Notes: generated by a model not told the origin, from the letters alone. Shown: positions 1 to 9,662, counted from the first letter of the stretch. The stretch is DNA of 64,000 bases from an uncultured Thermoplasmata archaeon (GCA_964644565.1 CAZXWO010000006.1:6469-70468); one strand, 5' to 3'. Numbers and translations are program-made.

Positions 1-997
1 CCGAGGCCATGAGCGTCTTGTACTCGACCCGCTTCTTCACCTTCACCGAGTAGTATATCCAGAACGCCGCCGCGAGCGCTATGACCATGCTCGCGATGTT
101 TATCGGCTCGAGTGACCACGCGGTGAAGACGAGGCCGATGCTGACCGGGAAGCTGCTCTGGAACACCATGGCGCCGGTTATGTTGCCGAGAGCAAGGGTG
201 TCCTTGCCCCTGAGGTACCAGATGACGCTGTTGAACTTCTCCGGGAGTTCGGTGGCGATCGGCGCGATGAGGAACGCGAGTATCATCGGGGCGACCCCGA
301 CGGCGGCAGATATCATCTCTACCTCCTCGACGAAGAACTTGGCCCCGATTATGATGCCGATGAGCGACGCCGCCACCTGGAAGAGTATCATGACCATGCC
401 GAAGTCGCTCTTAGCCGGCGAGATCTTGAAGAGCCGCCCTAGGTACAGCTCCGGACAGGCCCCTTCGCTCATGTCGGAATCCTCCTTGAGGAGCTGCCAG
501 ATGTACACCACGTACATGATCATCAGGAAGCATGCCGCACCGTAGTTCACGAACCTCCTGTCGAAGGTGTCCTGGAAGCTCGTCAGCCCGCAGAACAGCG
601 CGACTACATACATCCCCATGAAGAATCTCAGGTCGCGCTCAGCGTGCCCCGTCTTGAGCACCAGGCAGCTGTCCCGCTTGCCCTTCCTGCAGCCGTACCA
701 TATCGCCACGCCCCCCACGAGCATCGCGAGGGTTCCGAGCATGAAGGGGGCTCCGAGTATGGCCCCTTCGCCGATCTTCTCGCCCTCCTCGGCGCTGCCG
801 AGGAATATCGCGATGAGCGGGATGATGGTCTCGGGCATGGCCGTCCCGACCGCGGCGAGTATGCTGCCCGTGGCGGTCTCGGCGAGGCCCAGCTTGCAGC
901 CCAGCCATTCGACGCCGTTGACGAACACCTCGCAGCTCAGGAGGATCATGGCCAGGGCCGCGATGAGGACCCCGACCCCCAATATGTCGACCGCCAA
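1..997 (-). CDS. Ca2+/cation antiporter (CaCA, Na+/Ca2+ exchanger family) membrane protein; 3' end runs off the window
   Basis: Absent from the ORF track because there is no stop inside the window. My reverse-strand translation from TTG (995-997) gives an open, GC3-rich frame: LAVDILGVGVLIAALAMILLSCEVFVNGVEWLG...TGSILAAVGTAMPE...LALGNITGAMVFQSSFPVSIG. These are two alpha-repeat-like motifs in a polytopic protein. An in-frame TAG at 1016-1018 closes the frame upstream. Confidence 0.7.
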   Translation of the reverse strand, partial: MAVDILGVGVLIAALAMILLSCEVFVNGVEWLGCKLGLAETATGSILAAVGTAMPETIIPLIAIFLGSAEEGEKIGEGAILGAPFMLGTLAMLVGGVAIWYGCRKGKRDSCLVLKTGHAERDLRFFMGMYVVALFCGLTSFQDTFDRRFVNYGAACFLMIMYVVYIWQLLKEDSDMSEGACPELYLGRLFKISPAKSDFGMVMILFQVAASLIGIIIGAKFFVEEVEMISAAVGVAPMILAFLIAPIATELPEKFNSVIWYLRGKDTLALGNITGAMVFQSSFPVSIGLVFTAWSLEPINIASMVIALAAAFWIYYSVKVKKRVEYKTLMAS

Positions 998-1110
998 AGG
1001 GGCACCCGCGCCGGACTATTGCCATGCAATACTTAAACCATTCTGACGGACACCCGCCGGCCCCACCCCCTCCCCGGACCAGGCCCATAAGTGTTAAGTA
1101 AGGACATGGA

Positions 1111-2412
1111 ATGATGGCCTATCGGATGTCCGGCTTCTTCAAGTCCAGGGGGTTCCGCACGCCCTGGCACCTCAGGATCCTCTACCTCTCGACCTTCCTC
1201 CTGAGGACCGCGTTCGGCGCCCTGCTGCTCCTGATAGCCAGCTACGTGCCCTACGAGACGAACTACGAGGCTCTGCTCAACGTGGCTATCATCGCCGTCC
1301 CGTACCCGTTGGCGGAGATGGTCACGGCCAACTACTTCGGCCTCCTCAGCGACAGGACCGGGAGGAAGGTCGTCATCGTCGCGGGCACGACCCTGGCAGC
1401 CGTCGTGGTCACGCTCTACACCCTCTCCAACAACGTCTGGTACCTCGCGGCCATGCACGGGATCCACGGCATCGGCGCCGCGGCCACTGTGGCCCCTGCG
1501 ATTGCGATGATTGCGGACCACTCGGCCTGCAACGACCGCGGACGCCAGATGGGGTGGTTCGACTACTCCACATTCCTCGGCTACATCATAGGGGCGGTCG
1601 TCGGCGGGTTCATGATCGACTACACCGGACCCATAGCCGGGTTCGTAATCGTCGCCGCACTCCTGGGCGCGTCCGCGACCATGCTCCAGCTCATGGTGAA
1701 GAAGGAGAAGCCCGTGGTCAGGGGGGCCGCCATGGACGGGTTCCAGGCCCTAAGGAAGGTCTTCAAGGTCCGGGAGATCCGGCTCATGTTCCCGATCTGG
1801 CTCATAATCGCGACCGTGCTCGGCCTCGCGATCACGTACCTCCCCCGGATCCTGCTGAGCGAGGACGTCTCCGGCTCCACCATAGGCATCATGTTCGGAG
1901 CGGCGGGGATCGCGCTCGGGCTGCTCCAGCCATTCTGGGGGAAGGTGTCGGACATAGTCGGGAGGGTCCCGGTCATGGCCTACGGCGTGTTCAGCATGCT
2001 CGGCATCGTCGTGATGGTGCTCTTCTTCTCGGAGTACGCTTTCGAGATCACCGGTGAAGGCATCCACTTCAAGCTCATCGGCATGATACCGCTGGGCATA
2101 TTCGGGCTGGGCGCCGGCGCGTTCGTCCCCGCGGCGCTCGCGATGATGGCGGACTCATCCGACGAGGGGTCCTACGGGTCCACGATGGGACTCTACTCGT
2201 TCGCCCTCGGGTTCGGCGCGTTCATCGCCGAGGGGCTCGGACTGGGCATCATACTGGCGAGCGGGGCCGCGGACGAGGGCGAGGCGGCCCCCGAGTGGCT
2301 GCTGTACCTGGCCGCTGCCCTCATCGGCATGGCGGTCCTGATGATGATCTGGTTCTTCCTCGCGAAGGTCGTAGCGAAGAAGCTCGCAGCGATACGGAAC
2401 GTGCAGAGATGA
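1111..2412 (+). CDS. MFS transporter
   Basis: 433-aa polytopic ORF. It carries MFS motif A between TM2 and TM3 (GLLSDRTGRKVV). Confidence 0.8.
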   Translation: MMAYRMSGFFKSRGFRTPWHLRILYLSTFLLRTAFGALLLLIASYVPYETNYEALLNVAIIAVPYPLAEMVTANYFGLLSDRTGRKVVIVAGTTLAAVVVTLYTLSNNVWYLAAMHGIHGIGAAATVAPAIAMIADHSACNDRGRQMGWFDYSTFLGYIIGAVVGGFMIDYTGPIAGFVIVAALLGASATMLQLMVKKEKPVVRGAAMDGFQALRKVFKVREIRLMFPIWLIIATVLGLAITYLPRILLSEDVSGSTIGIMFGAAGIALGLLQPFWGKVSDIVGRVPVMAYGVFSMLGIVVMVLFFSEYAFEITGEGIHFKLIGMIPLGIFGLGAGAFVPAALAMMADSSDEGSYGSTMGLYSFALGFGAFIAEGLGLGIILASGAADEGEAAPEWLLYLAAALIGMAVLMMIWFFLAKVVAKKLAAIRNVQR

Positions 2413-3425
2413 TGGAGATAGACGGTTCGCACGGGGAGGGTGGCGGCCAGGTCCTCAGGACCGCGGTGTCCCTCTCGGCCGTGCTCCGGGAACCGGTGCG
2501 CGTCATGCGGATAAGGGAGGGAAGACCCAACCCCGGCCTGGCCGCGCAGCACATGGCAGGCATAGGGGCCGTCGCGGAGCTGTGCGACGCGGAGGTCGAC
2601 GGCCTCGCGGTCGGCTCGAAGGAGGTCGTCTTCAGACCGGGGGCGCTGGTCGGGGGGGACTTCGAGTTCGACATAGGGACGGCGGGGAGCACATCGCTCG
2701 TCCTGCAGGCGTGCATCATCCCCGCAGCGATGTCGAAGTCGCCGGTCAGGCTGACCCTCAGGGGCGGGACCGACACGAAGTGGTCGCCCCCGATGGACTT
2801 CATGAGGCTGGTGCACCTCCCGCTCGTTCAGCGCATGGGCGTGTCCTGCGAGGTCGAGGTCGTCCACAGGGGGTTCTATCCCGAAGGCGGCGGGGAGGTC
2901 ACGGCGCACATCGACCCCTGCCCTTCCTTGAAGGGGGTCGACCTCCTCGAGAAGGGGGGGTTCTCCAACATCGTCGGCGTGGCCTATGCGCAGAACCTCC
3001 CCGACCATGTCGTCTCGAGGATGAGGCACGCGGCCATGAAGGGCCTCGTGGACCACCCTGGCGTGAAGGTGGAGCCCGACCTGCGCTCCGGGCGGAGCAC
3101 GGGGGCGGGGATCGTCCTGGCCGCACGGTACGGGAACACGGTCCTCGGCCAGTCCGCCCTCGGCGAGAGAGGGGTGAGGGCGGAGACCCTCGGAGAGTCC
3201 TGCGCGGCGGACCTGGCCGAGACGATGCAGTCAGGCGCGACCGTTGACGAGCACATGCTCGACCAGCTCGTGCCGTACATGGCCCTCGCCAGCGGGGGCT
3301 CTGCGGTGGTGGCCGGCGAGATGACCGGACACGCCGAGACGAACATCTGGGTCGTCGAGAGGTTCCTGGGCGACAAGTTCAGGGTGGTGAAGAGGGACGG
3401 CCTCGTAGAGGTCAGGACGATCTAA
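2409..3425 (+). CDS. rtcA: RNA 3'-terminal phosphate cyclase
   Basis: MMEIDGSHGEGGGQVLRTAVSLSAV...GTAGSTSLVLQA...VDEHMLDQLVPYMAL matches the RtcA family pattern. ATG at 2409 overlaps the MFS stop (ATGA). The longer track ORF from 2295 lies inside the MFS gene. Confidence 0.85.
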   Translation: MMEIDGSHGEGGGQVLRTAVSLSAVLREPVRVMRIREGRPNPGLAAQHMAGIGAVAELCDAEVDGLAVGSKEVVFRPGALVGGDFEFDIGTAGSTSLVLQACIIPAAMSKSPVRLTLRGGTDTKWSPPMDFMRLVHLPLVQRMGVSCEVEVVHRGFYPEGGGEVTAHIDPCPSLKGVDLLEKGGFSNIVGVAYAQNLPDHVVSRMRHAAMKGLVDHPGVKVEPDLRSGRSTGAGIVLAARYGNTVLGQSALGERGVRAETLGESCAADLAETMQSGATVDEHMLDQLVPYMALASGGSAVVAGEMTGHAETNIWVVERFLGDKFRVVKRDGLVEVRTI

Positions 3426-4294
3426 CCGTACATGCTCGGCCGCGTGACCGGCTTGTCGCTCTTCTTCACCACGGCCTGCTTCTGTATCTCCCTGATGTGC
3501 TCCTCTATGCGCTTCGCCTCCTCGAACAGGGGCTTCGCGTCGAACTCGATGCCCAGCAGGATGTTGTCTATGGCCTCGAGAACAAGGGCGGCTGCCTTGG
3601 CGTCAGGGAAGTCAGGGTGGGCCTCGGCGAGGAGGGTGACGACGTCGAAGTCGCGCTTCCTGCCCTCGTTGAGGAGCACGCCCGCGACCCCAGAGATGAC
3701 CCCCTCCTCGAACTGACGGATGCCGTTCTCCTTCAGGAGCTCCCTCGCCCTGGGGGTGCTGGCGATCCCGAAGACGACGTCCGATATGTCGGCGCTGTCC
3801 CTTATCTCTGGGTCCAGGACCAGTCCCTCCGGGGACACTATCATCCTGCACCTCTGCTCGACCGCCCAGTCCACGAGGACGCGGGAGATCGGGCGGACCA
3901 GGTTGGGCGGCGCCTGGAACTCGGAGATGAACGCCACGATCTGGTCCCCCTTCTGGCCCTTGTCACCAGCGTATATCCTCACCGGGCTGAGAGGGACCGC
4001 GTCACGGATGAGCGACACCGTCGGGAACTGAGGGGAGTCCATGATCCCTATGTGCTCCATCTTCAGGACCTTGATCAGGTAGTTCGCGGATATCGAGCTG
4101 ACCAGGCCCACGCTGGGGAAACCGTCGATTATCGTCGCCCCCCGCAGGTCCTTCTTCTTCAGCTCGAATATGCGGATGTCGTTGTCGTCCATCGGCTCGG
4201 AATACGGGGGAGCACTCATAAATGTTGGGAATGGTGGGGGCCAGTCGCGCCGGGCCGGACAGACCCTCTCCCACACCGCTTTTTCTTGCTCCAT
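3422..4294 (-). CDS. PAC2-family proteasome assembly chaperone / PbaB-like protein
   Basis: GATIIDGFPSVGLVSSISANYLI core typical of the archaeal PAC2 family (PF09754-like). The C-terminus ...RPSMYG ends in a Hb-Y-X tripeptide. Start is uncertain: 4294, 4219 (MSAPP) or 4192 (MDDND). Confidence 0.65.
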   Translation of the reverse strand: MEQEKAVWERVCPARRDWPPPFPTFMSAPPYSEPMDDNDIRIFELKKKDLRGATIIDGFPSVGLVSSISANYLIKVLKMEHIGIMDSPQFPTVSLIRDAVPLSPVRIYAGDKGQKGDQIVAFISEFQAPPNLVRPISRVLVDWAVEQRCRMIVSPEGLVLDPEIRDSADISDVVFGIASTPRARELLKENGIRQFEEGVISGVAGVLLNEGRKRDFDVVTLLAEAHPDFPDAKAAALVLEAIDNILLGIEFDAKPLFEEAKRIEEHIREIQKQAVVKKSDKPVTRPSMYG

Positions 4295-4352
4295 CTAAGA
4301 ATATGGTGCGAAGGGTTATTACGCGGACGGTCGTTCTTCCGGCGGGCTTGGT

Positions 4353-4985
4353 TTGAAGACCATAATCAACTGCGCGATGTCCGCAGACGGCAAGATCGCC
4401 CTCAGGTCGAGGAGGCAGACGAGGATCTCGGACGACGAGGACAAGAAGCGCGTGCACAAGCTCAGGAACTCGGTCGATGCGATCCTCGTCGGCGTAGAGA
4501 CGGTCATATCGGACGACCCGAAGCTCACTGTCAACGAGAGGTACGTCAAGTCGCCCAAGCACCCGGTCAGGGTGGTCCTTGACTCCGAGGGGAGGACGCC
4601 CGCGGGCGCCCTCGTCCTGAACGGGGCCTCTAGGACCATCATCGTCACCAACGAGCGCTGCACCAAGACCTTCCCGAACGCGGAGGTGCTCAGGTGCGGG
4701 AGGGACGAGGTGGACCTCGAGAAGCTCATGCCCGCCCTGGAGGGGAAGGGCATCCGCAAGGTCCTGGTCGAGGGGGGCTCGAAGGTCATCTGGTCCTTCC
4801 TCAGGACCAGGATCGCGGACGAGGTCTGCATATTCATAGGCAGCATGGTCATCGGAGGGGACGCCTCCCCGACCCCGGCCGGCGGACAGGGCGCGGCCGA
4901 GGAGAAGGACGTGGTGCAGCTGAAACTCAAGAGCGCCGACGTCCTCGGCAGCGGCGTCCTGGTAAGGTACGAGGTGGTCAAGTGA
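4353..4985 (+). CDS. ribD: 2,5-diamino-6-(ribosylamino)-4(3H)-pyrimidinone 5'-phosphate reductase (RibD C-terminal-type reductase)
   Basis: TTG start. NCAMSADGKIAL...DAILVGVETVISDDPKLT...VLVEGGSKV is the RibD_C reductase pattern. Confidence 0.8.
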   Translation: MKTIINCAMSADGKIALRSRRQTRISDDEDKKRVHKLRNSVDAILVGVETVISDDPKLTVNERYVKSPKHPVRVVLDSEGRTPAGALVLNGASRTIIVTNERCTKTFPNAEVLRCGRDEVDLEKLMPALEGKGIRKVLVEGGSKVIWSFLRTRIADEVCIFIGSMVIGGDASPTPAGGQGAAEEKDVVQLKLKSADVLGSGVLVRYEVVK

Positions 4986-5446
4986 GCGAAGAGGCGCAGA
5001 AACCCAAGTTCGTCGCAGACCACATGCTGGGCTCGCTGGCGAAGTGGCTCAGGATGATGGGCTACGACACCGTGTACGACAAGAAGCTGGACGACCCTGC
5101 GATAGCCGCGACCGCCAGGGCCGAGAACAGGTTCGTCCTCACCAGGGACAAGGAGCTCGCCAAGGAGCCGGGGGCGCTCCTCATAGAGGGCGACGAGTTG
5201 GACGGCCAGCTCGCCGCCGTGAAGGAGAGGTTCGGCCTGGCCTTCGACGAGGCCGCGATCAGGTGCACGGCCTGCAACGGAGAGCTCGTGGAGCTCCCGA
5301 AGGAGCAGGCGAAGGACTCCGTCCCCGAGGGCGCCTTCGCGGGCAACGACAGGTTCTGGAAGTGCGCCGGCTGCGGCAAGGTGTACTGGAGAGGGTCCCA
5401 CTGGCTTGGCATAATGGACCGGCTGAAGAAGCTCAACCTCGCCTAG
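4982..5446 (+). CDS. Mut7-C RNase domain (DUF82) protein with C-terminal zinc ribbon
   Basis: FVADHMLGSLAKWLRMMGYDT plus CTACNG...CAGCGKVYW. GTG at 4982 overlaps the ribD stop. ATG 5024 is an alternative start. Confidence 0.7.
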   Translation: MSEEAQKPKFVADHMLGSLAKWLRMMGYDTVYDKKLDDPAIAATARAENRFVLTRDKELAKEPGALLIEGDELDGQLAAVKERFGLAFDEAAIRCTACNGELVELPKEQAKDSVPEGAFAGNDRFWKCAGCGKVYWRGSHWLGIMDRLKKLNLA

Positions 5447-6380
5447 CCTCAGGGCCGTGGAGGTGCTCGCTGATGATCTTCCCGCTCGACGAGTTCACGA
5501 TCATAGCGCCGCCCTTCCCCTCGACGCACCAGACGGGCAGGTAGACGAGCCCCTTGGGCTCGACGACCATCGGGTCCTTCTGCGGCTTCTTCCTCTCGAT
5601 TATCTCCGCGTGGCCGAAGTCCTTGACCTCCTCGGTGAAGGACCTGTACTCCTTCGCTATGGCCTCCCGTGCGAGCTCGCCCGCCTTCTCCTGTTCTACC
5701 TTCGGCTCCCTGCGGGTGTGCTGCGAGTCGATGGAGTCCACCAGCTCGAACCCCCAGCGCCACGTCTCGATCTGCCCGGTGAGGGCGTTCACGGCTACTA
5801 TCCCCGCCCTCTGCCGGCCCTCGTCGATGTTCAGGACATAGTGGAACAGGTAGTGCGGGACGAGCTCGAGGTCGTACCTGTAGCCCTGGACCTCGTGCCT
5901 GGCAAGGTACTTCACGTCCTCGAGGGAGAAGTTCGGCTTCACTATCCTCTCGGACCGCTCCACCGCGCTCTCGACGATGATCGGTATCGACTGCTCCGGC
6001 GGTTCCACGGGCCTCTGGGGCATCTCGTCCGATATGACCTCGTCGAGGAGGCTCTTGACGCCGTCCCCCCCGAGGGACCTCAGGTGGAGGCTCCCTATCT
6101 CGTGCTCGACGTCCTCCCTGTCCCAGTAGTATATCCCGCGCTTCTGCAGGAGCGACTGGACGTTGGGGTCGACCTTGCCTATGGACGCGACTATCTTCCG
6201 GCCCTGGAAGTCCGAGACGTTCCTGACGAAGTCGTCGACGTCGTCGGAGAGCATGTCGCTCGCCACCAGGACCACGACCGACACGTCCTCCCTCGAACCG
6301 TAGAGGTAGCCGTCCTTCTCGGCCACCTCGAAGTCCCTGGAGCGCAGTATCTCGGTCAGATGGTCCTTGAGGGTGTTCAA
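5433..6380 (-). CDS. hypothetical protein (N-terminal restriction-endonuclease-like fold?, two C-terminal PepSY-like modules?)
   Basis: 315-aa GC3-rich ORF. The fold guesses come only from sequence patterns (see findings). Confidence 0.6.
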   Translation of the reverse strand: MNTLKDHLTEILRSRDFEVAEKDGYLYGSREDVSVVVLVASDMLSDDVDDFVRNVSDFQGRKIVASIGKVDPNVQSLLQKRGIYYWDREDVEHEIGSLHLRSLGGDGVKSLLDEVISDEMPQRPVEPPEQSIPIIVESAVERSERIVKPNFSLEDVKYLARHEVQGYRYDLELVPHYLFHYVLNIDEGRQRAGIVAVNALTGQIETWRWGFELVDSIDSQHTRREPKVEQEKAGELAREAIAKEYRSFTEEVKDFGHAEIIERKKPQKDPMVVEPKGLVYLPVWCVEGKGGAMIVNSSSGKIISEHLHGPEARRG

Positions 6381-6473
6381 CCGCTCCCCCGGACCTTGAA
6401 TGCGCAGTCCCGATAAAAGGCTTCTGAATGTGCTGGCCCCCTGGAAAGTTAATTACGCTGGAGGGGACGTTAC

Positions 6474-6920
6474 ATGCCTGGGAGGCCCGACCGGCCGCCC
6501 GGAAGGGATTGCTTGCATCTCAGGACTCTCGCCCCCGTCGGCCTGTTCGTCGCAGGCGTGGCCTGCATCGCAGGGTCCGTGCTCTCCGGGGAGACGGAGG
6601 TGTCCCTGCTCCTGATATTCCCCGTGTTCAGCGGGTCCAGCGCGCTGTTCCTGCTCGGCACCTCGTTCATAGTGCTCAGCTTCATCGTCGGCTTCCTGGC
6701 CCTCATGATGGGACATGTCGAACTGGCGGGCGCCGGACCGGGGGGCCGCAGCGGGGCCTCCGTAGAGGGGACGGCGAGGGTGGAGAAGAAGTACGGAGGG
6801 GTGGTGCTGCTGGGCCCCATACCGATAGCATTCGGGTCCGACAAGGGCATCGCGCTCGCGATGCTGGCGGTCGGGGTCGTCGTCCTGGCCCTGGTCCTAC
6901 TCGTGTTCCTGCTCGCCTAG
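6474..6920 (+). CDS. DUF131 / TIGR00304-family small membrane protein
   Basis: Three hydrophobic helices plus the conserved GGVVLLGPIPIAFGSDKG motif. Confidence 0.65.
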   Translation: MPGRPDRPPGRDCLHLRTLAPVGLFVAGVACIAGSVLSGETEVSLLLIFPVFSGSSALFLLGTSFIVLSFIVGFLALMMGHVELAGAGPGGRSGASVEGTARVEKKYGGVVLLGPIPIAFGSDKGIALAMLAVGVVVLALVLLVFLLA

Positions 6921-7112
6921 GCCCGCGGCCGCCTCGTCGGCCGTGACGCCGCGCTCGACCGCGAGCTCCCTGAGCGCGCTCATGACCTGGATGTACCTCG
7001 AGAAGTCCAGCCCCCGCCTCCTGACCGTGCGGCCTATGGCGCGCTCGATGGCCTCGTTCCTGAGCCTGGTGGAGACGGCCTCCTTCACAATCGAGACGGT
7101 GTCCGGGTCCAT
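6897..7112 (-). CDS. small helical hypothetical protein (71 aa)
   Basis: GC3-rich ORF starting 3 nt after the guaAA stop, so co-transcription is likely. No recognisable family. Confidence 0.4.
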   Translation of the reverse strand: MDPDTVSIVKEAVSTRLRNEAIERAIGRTVRRRGLDFSRYIQVMSALRELAVERGVTADEAAAGLGEQEHE

Positions 7113-7115
7113 CGC

Positions 7116-7691
7116 TCAGTCCTTCTTGTTCGCCTGGCAGACGTCCACGAAGGCCTGGAAGATCTCGTAGCCGTTGTCGGTGTGCTCGACCTCCGGGTGG
7201 AACTGGACGCCGAAGAGCGGCTTCGTCCTGTGCCTCATGGCCTGGACGGTGCAGTTGTCCGAGTGCGCCAGGGACACGAAGTCCGGAGGGAGTTCGGTGA
7301 CCTCGTCGTTGTGCGACTCCCACGCCACGATGGTCGGGGGCAGCCCCTTGAACAGCTCGTCCTCGTCGTCTATGTTCACGAGGGTCTTGCCGAACTCGGG
7401 GATCTTCGACGGACCAGCCTTGCCGCCGAGGTGGGCGGCCATGAACTGGTGGCCTGCGCATATGCCCATGACCGGGACGCCTGACCGGTCGATGTAGTCG
7501 CCGCACTTGCCCATGGCCTCGGCGTTGAGCCCCACCCTCGGGGAACCGCCTGAGAGGACGAGCCCGTCCGCCTTGATGCTCTCGAGGGGGGTCGTGTTCG
7601 GTACGATCTCGCAGTCGACCCCCAGGTCCCGGAGGACCCTCCACTCCCTGTGAGTCCACTGACCGCCGTTGTCGATGACCAGGATGCGCAT
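7116..7691 (-). CDS. guaAA: GMP synthase [glutamine-hydrolysing] subunit A (class I glutamine amidotransferase)
   Basis: MRILVIDNGGQWTHREWR..., catalytic Cys context GICAGHQ, and FGVQFHPEV. The track ORF extends to 8171, but that N-terminal part is Arg/Gly-rich junk overlapping guaAB. Confidence 0.9.
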   Translation of the reverse strand: MRILVIDNGGQWTHREWRVLRDLGVDCEIVPNTTPLESIKADGLVLSGGSPRVGLNAEAMGKCGDYIDRSGVPVMGICAGHQFMAAHLGGKAGPSKIPEFGKTLVNIDDEDELFKGLPPTIVAWESHNDEVTELPPDFVSLAHSDNCTVQAMRHRTKPLFGVQFHPEVEHTDNGYEIFQAFVDVCQANKKD

Positions 7692-7861
7692 GTCACAGGG
7701 AACACCGGGTCGATATTTAGCCTCTGCTGAGGGCCCCCTGGGGCAGGTCGGAAGAAAGTCGAATACGGGGCTTGCCAGGCGTCCGCTCCGCCCACGTGTG
7801 ACTATATAAAGAGGGGTTAAATGCACCGGCCCGCGCGGTGAAGGACTTCCTCCCGGCAGGC

Positions 7862-8809
7862 TCACTCCCACTCGATCGTGGCGGGGGGCTTGTCCGTGAT
7901 GTCGTAGACCACCCTGTTCACCTTGTCCTTCATCGAGTTGGTGATCCTGGTGGATATCGCCTCGAGGACCTCGTGCGGTATCTTCGCGTACACGGCGGAC
8001 ATCGCGTCCACCGAGTCGACCGCCCTCACCGCCACCGTGTACCCGTAGGCCCTGATGTCCCCCTGCACCCCGACGCTGCGGACGGGGAGCAGGACGGCGA
8101 AGTACTGCCACGGGAGCTCCATCTTCCCCGCCGCGGCGGCCTTCTCGATCTCCTCCTCGGCTATGGCGCACGCCTCGCGCACTATGGCGACCGACTCCCT
8201 GGTCGGCTCCCCCATGACCCTTATCGCGAGCGCGGGCCCCGGGAACGGCTGCTTCTCCGCGACCTCTATCTTGAGCGCGCGCGCGACCTTGCGGACCTCG
8301 TCCTTGTACAGGTCCCTGAGCGGTTCGACGAGCTTCAGGTTCATGTCATCCGGCAGGCCGCCGACGTTGTGGTGCGACTTGATCGTGTCCCTTAGGCCGC
8401 CGCCGCTCTCTATCCAGTCCGGGGCGATCGTGCCCTGGACCAGGTACTCGGTGTCGAACTTCTTCGCCTCGCGTTCGAACACGCGTATGAACTTCTCGCC
8501 GATGATCTTCCTCTTCCTCTCAGGGTCCGTGACGCCCTTAAGGGCGTCGAAGTACTCGTCGCTCGCGTCCACGACCCTGTGGTTCACGCCCAGCCTTGCC
8601 AGCATCTTGTCGACGTTGGCGGTCTCGCCCTTCCTCATGAACCCCGTGTCGACGTATATCGCCAGGAGCCTGTCCCCTATCGCCCTGCTGACGAGCGAGG
8701 CGCACACGGTGCTGTCGACGCCGCCCGAGGCGGCGATGATGGCCCTGCCCTTCACTTCATCCCTGAGTTTCACGACCTGCTGGTCGATGAACTTCTGCGC
8801 GTCGAACAT
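7862..8809 (-). CDS. guaAB: GMP synthase subunit B (ATP pyrophosphatase)
   Basis: PP-loop AASGGVDSTV and a conserved C-terminal dimerisation region ending PPATIEWE. Confidence 0.9.
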   Translation of the reverse strand: MFDAQKFIDQQVVKLRDEVKGRAIIAASGGVDSTVCASLVSRAIGDRLLAIYVDTGFMRKGETANVDKMLARLGVNHRVVDASDEYFDALKGVTDPERKRKIIGEKFIRVFEREAKKFDTEYLVQGTIAPDWIESGGGLRDTIKSHHNVGGLPDDMNLKLVEPLRDLYKDEVRKVARALKIEVAEKQPFPGPALAIRVMGEPTRESVAIVREACAIAEEEIEKAAAAGKMELPWQYFAVLLPVRSVGVQGDIRAYGYTVAVRAVDSVDAMSAVYAKIPHEVLEAISTRITNSMKDKVNRVVYDITDKPPATIEWE

Positions 8810-9274
8810 CTAGACCTCAACTTCCTTGGAATCCTGCATGACCTTCTCTCGGAGCTTCTGGCGGTACGCTGCGAGTGCCTTACCCACCTTCGGGTCCTTC
8901 AGCGCGAGCATCTGGGCCGCCAGTATCGCGGCGTTCTCTCCCCTGTCCAGGCCCACGCCCGCCACGGGTATCCCGGGGGGCATCTGCACCACGGACAGGA
9001 TGGCGTCCAGGTTGAGCGCGCCGCTGACCGGGACGCCTATGACCGGCTTCGCGGTCCTCGACGCTATCACGCCAGGGAGGGCCGCGGACAGACCGGCGAT
9101 CGCGATGAACACCTCGGCGTCGGCCTCGTGGACCAGCTTCTCGACCAGATCCGGCGTCCTGTGGGCGCTGGCGATGCTCAACCGGTAGGGTATGCCGAGC
9201 TCCTTCAGCACGGCGACCGCCTTCTCGGCCACCTTCATGTCGCTCTTGCTGCCCAAAACAATCTGGACGCTCAT
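8810..9274 (-). CDS. purE: 5-(carboxyamino)imidazole ribonucleotide mutase
   Basis: [11 protein letters not shown]...SAHRTPD...GLSAALPGV...GVPV pattern. It abuts guaAB with a 0-nt gap. Confidence 0.9.
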   Translation of the reverse strand: MSVQIVLGSKSDMKVAEKAVAVLKELGIPYRLSIASAHRTPDLVEKLVHEADAEVFIAIAGLSAALPGVIASRTAKPVIGVPVSGALNLDAILSVVQMPPGIPVAGVGLDRGENAAILAAQMLALKDPKVGKALAAYRQKLREKVMQDSKEVEV

Positions 9275-9326
9275 GTGAAAGGTAGAAGAATGGTTTGTAG
9301 TAAAAGGTTTGCGTCTGTCGGCGCCC

Positions 9327-9626
9327 TTAGGATTTCATTATGGCGACGAGGAACACTCCGACCGCCGCGAGCGCGCCTATCAGGCCGGCGACGATGTACA
9401 GGAAGGCGTCCCATATGACATTGTCCAGGTCAACCGGTATGATGTCGACCGAGTCGAGGCACATCACTGCCCAGAGCACGCCGACCACGAGACCGATGAC
9501 CAGCAACACTACACCTATCATCCGGCTCTTACCGCTTCCGAAATAGGCGGTGAATATGCCCGCCAGCAGCATGAATAGCCCGAATACCATTATCAACACA
9601 GTTAGGAAATCCCACGGCATGTCCAT
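9327..9626 (-). CDS. small membrane protein (3 TM), hypothetical
   Basis: 99-aa hydrophobic ORF with normal codon bias. Confidence 0.5.
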   Translation of the reverse strand: MDMPWDFLTVLIMVFGLFMLLAGIFTAYFGSGKSRMIGVVLLVIGLVVGVLWAVMCLDSVDIIPVDLDNVIWDAFLYIVAGLIGALAAVGVFLVAIMKS

Positions 9627-9662
9627 CGTAGTTCACCCACTTCCAGATACAGAGATAGAGAC

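Noticed and set aside
81-1088. Track ORFs 81-545 (+), 567-1046 (+), 644-1036 (+) and 639-1088 (-)
   Set aside because: All overlap a much more convincing - strand CaCA transporter frame that is open to the window edge and was missed by the track. Their sequences are Ser/Pro/Arg/Gly-rich and lack any motif.
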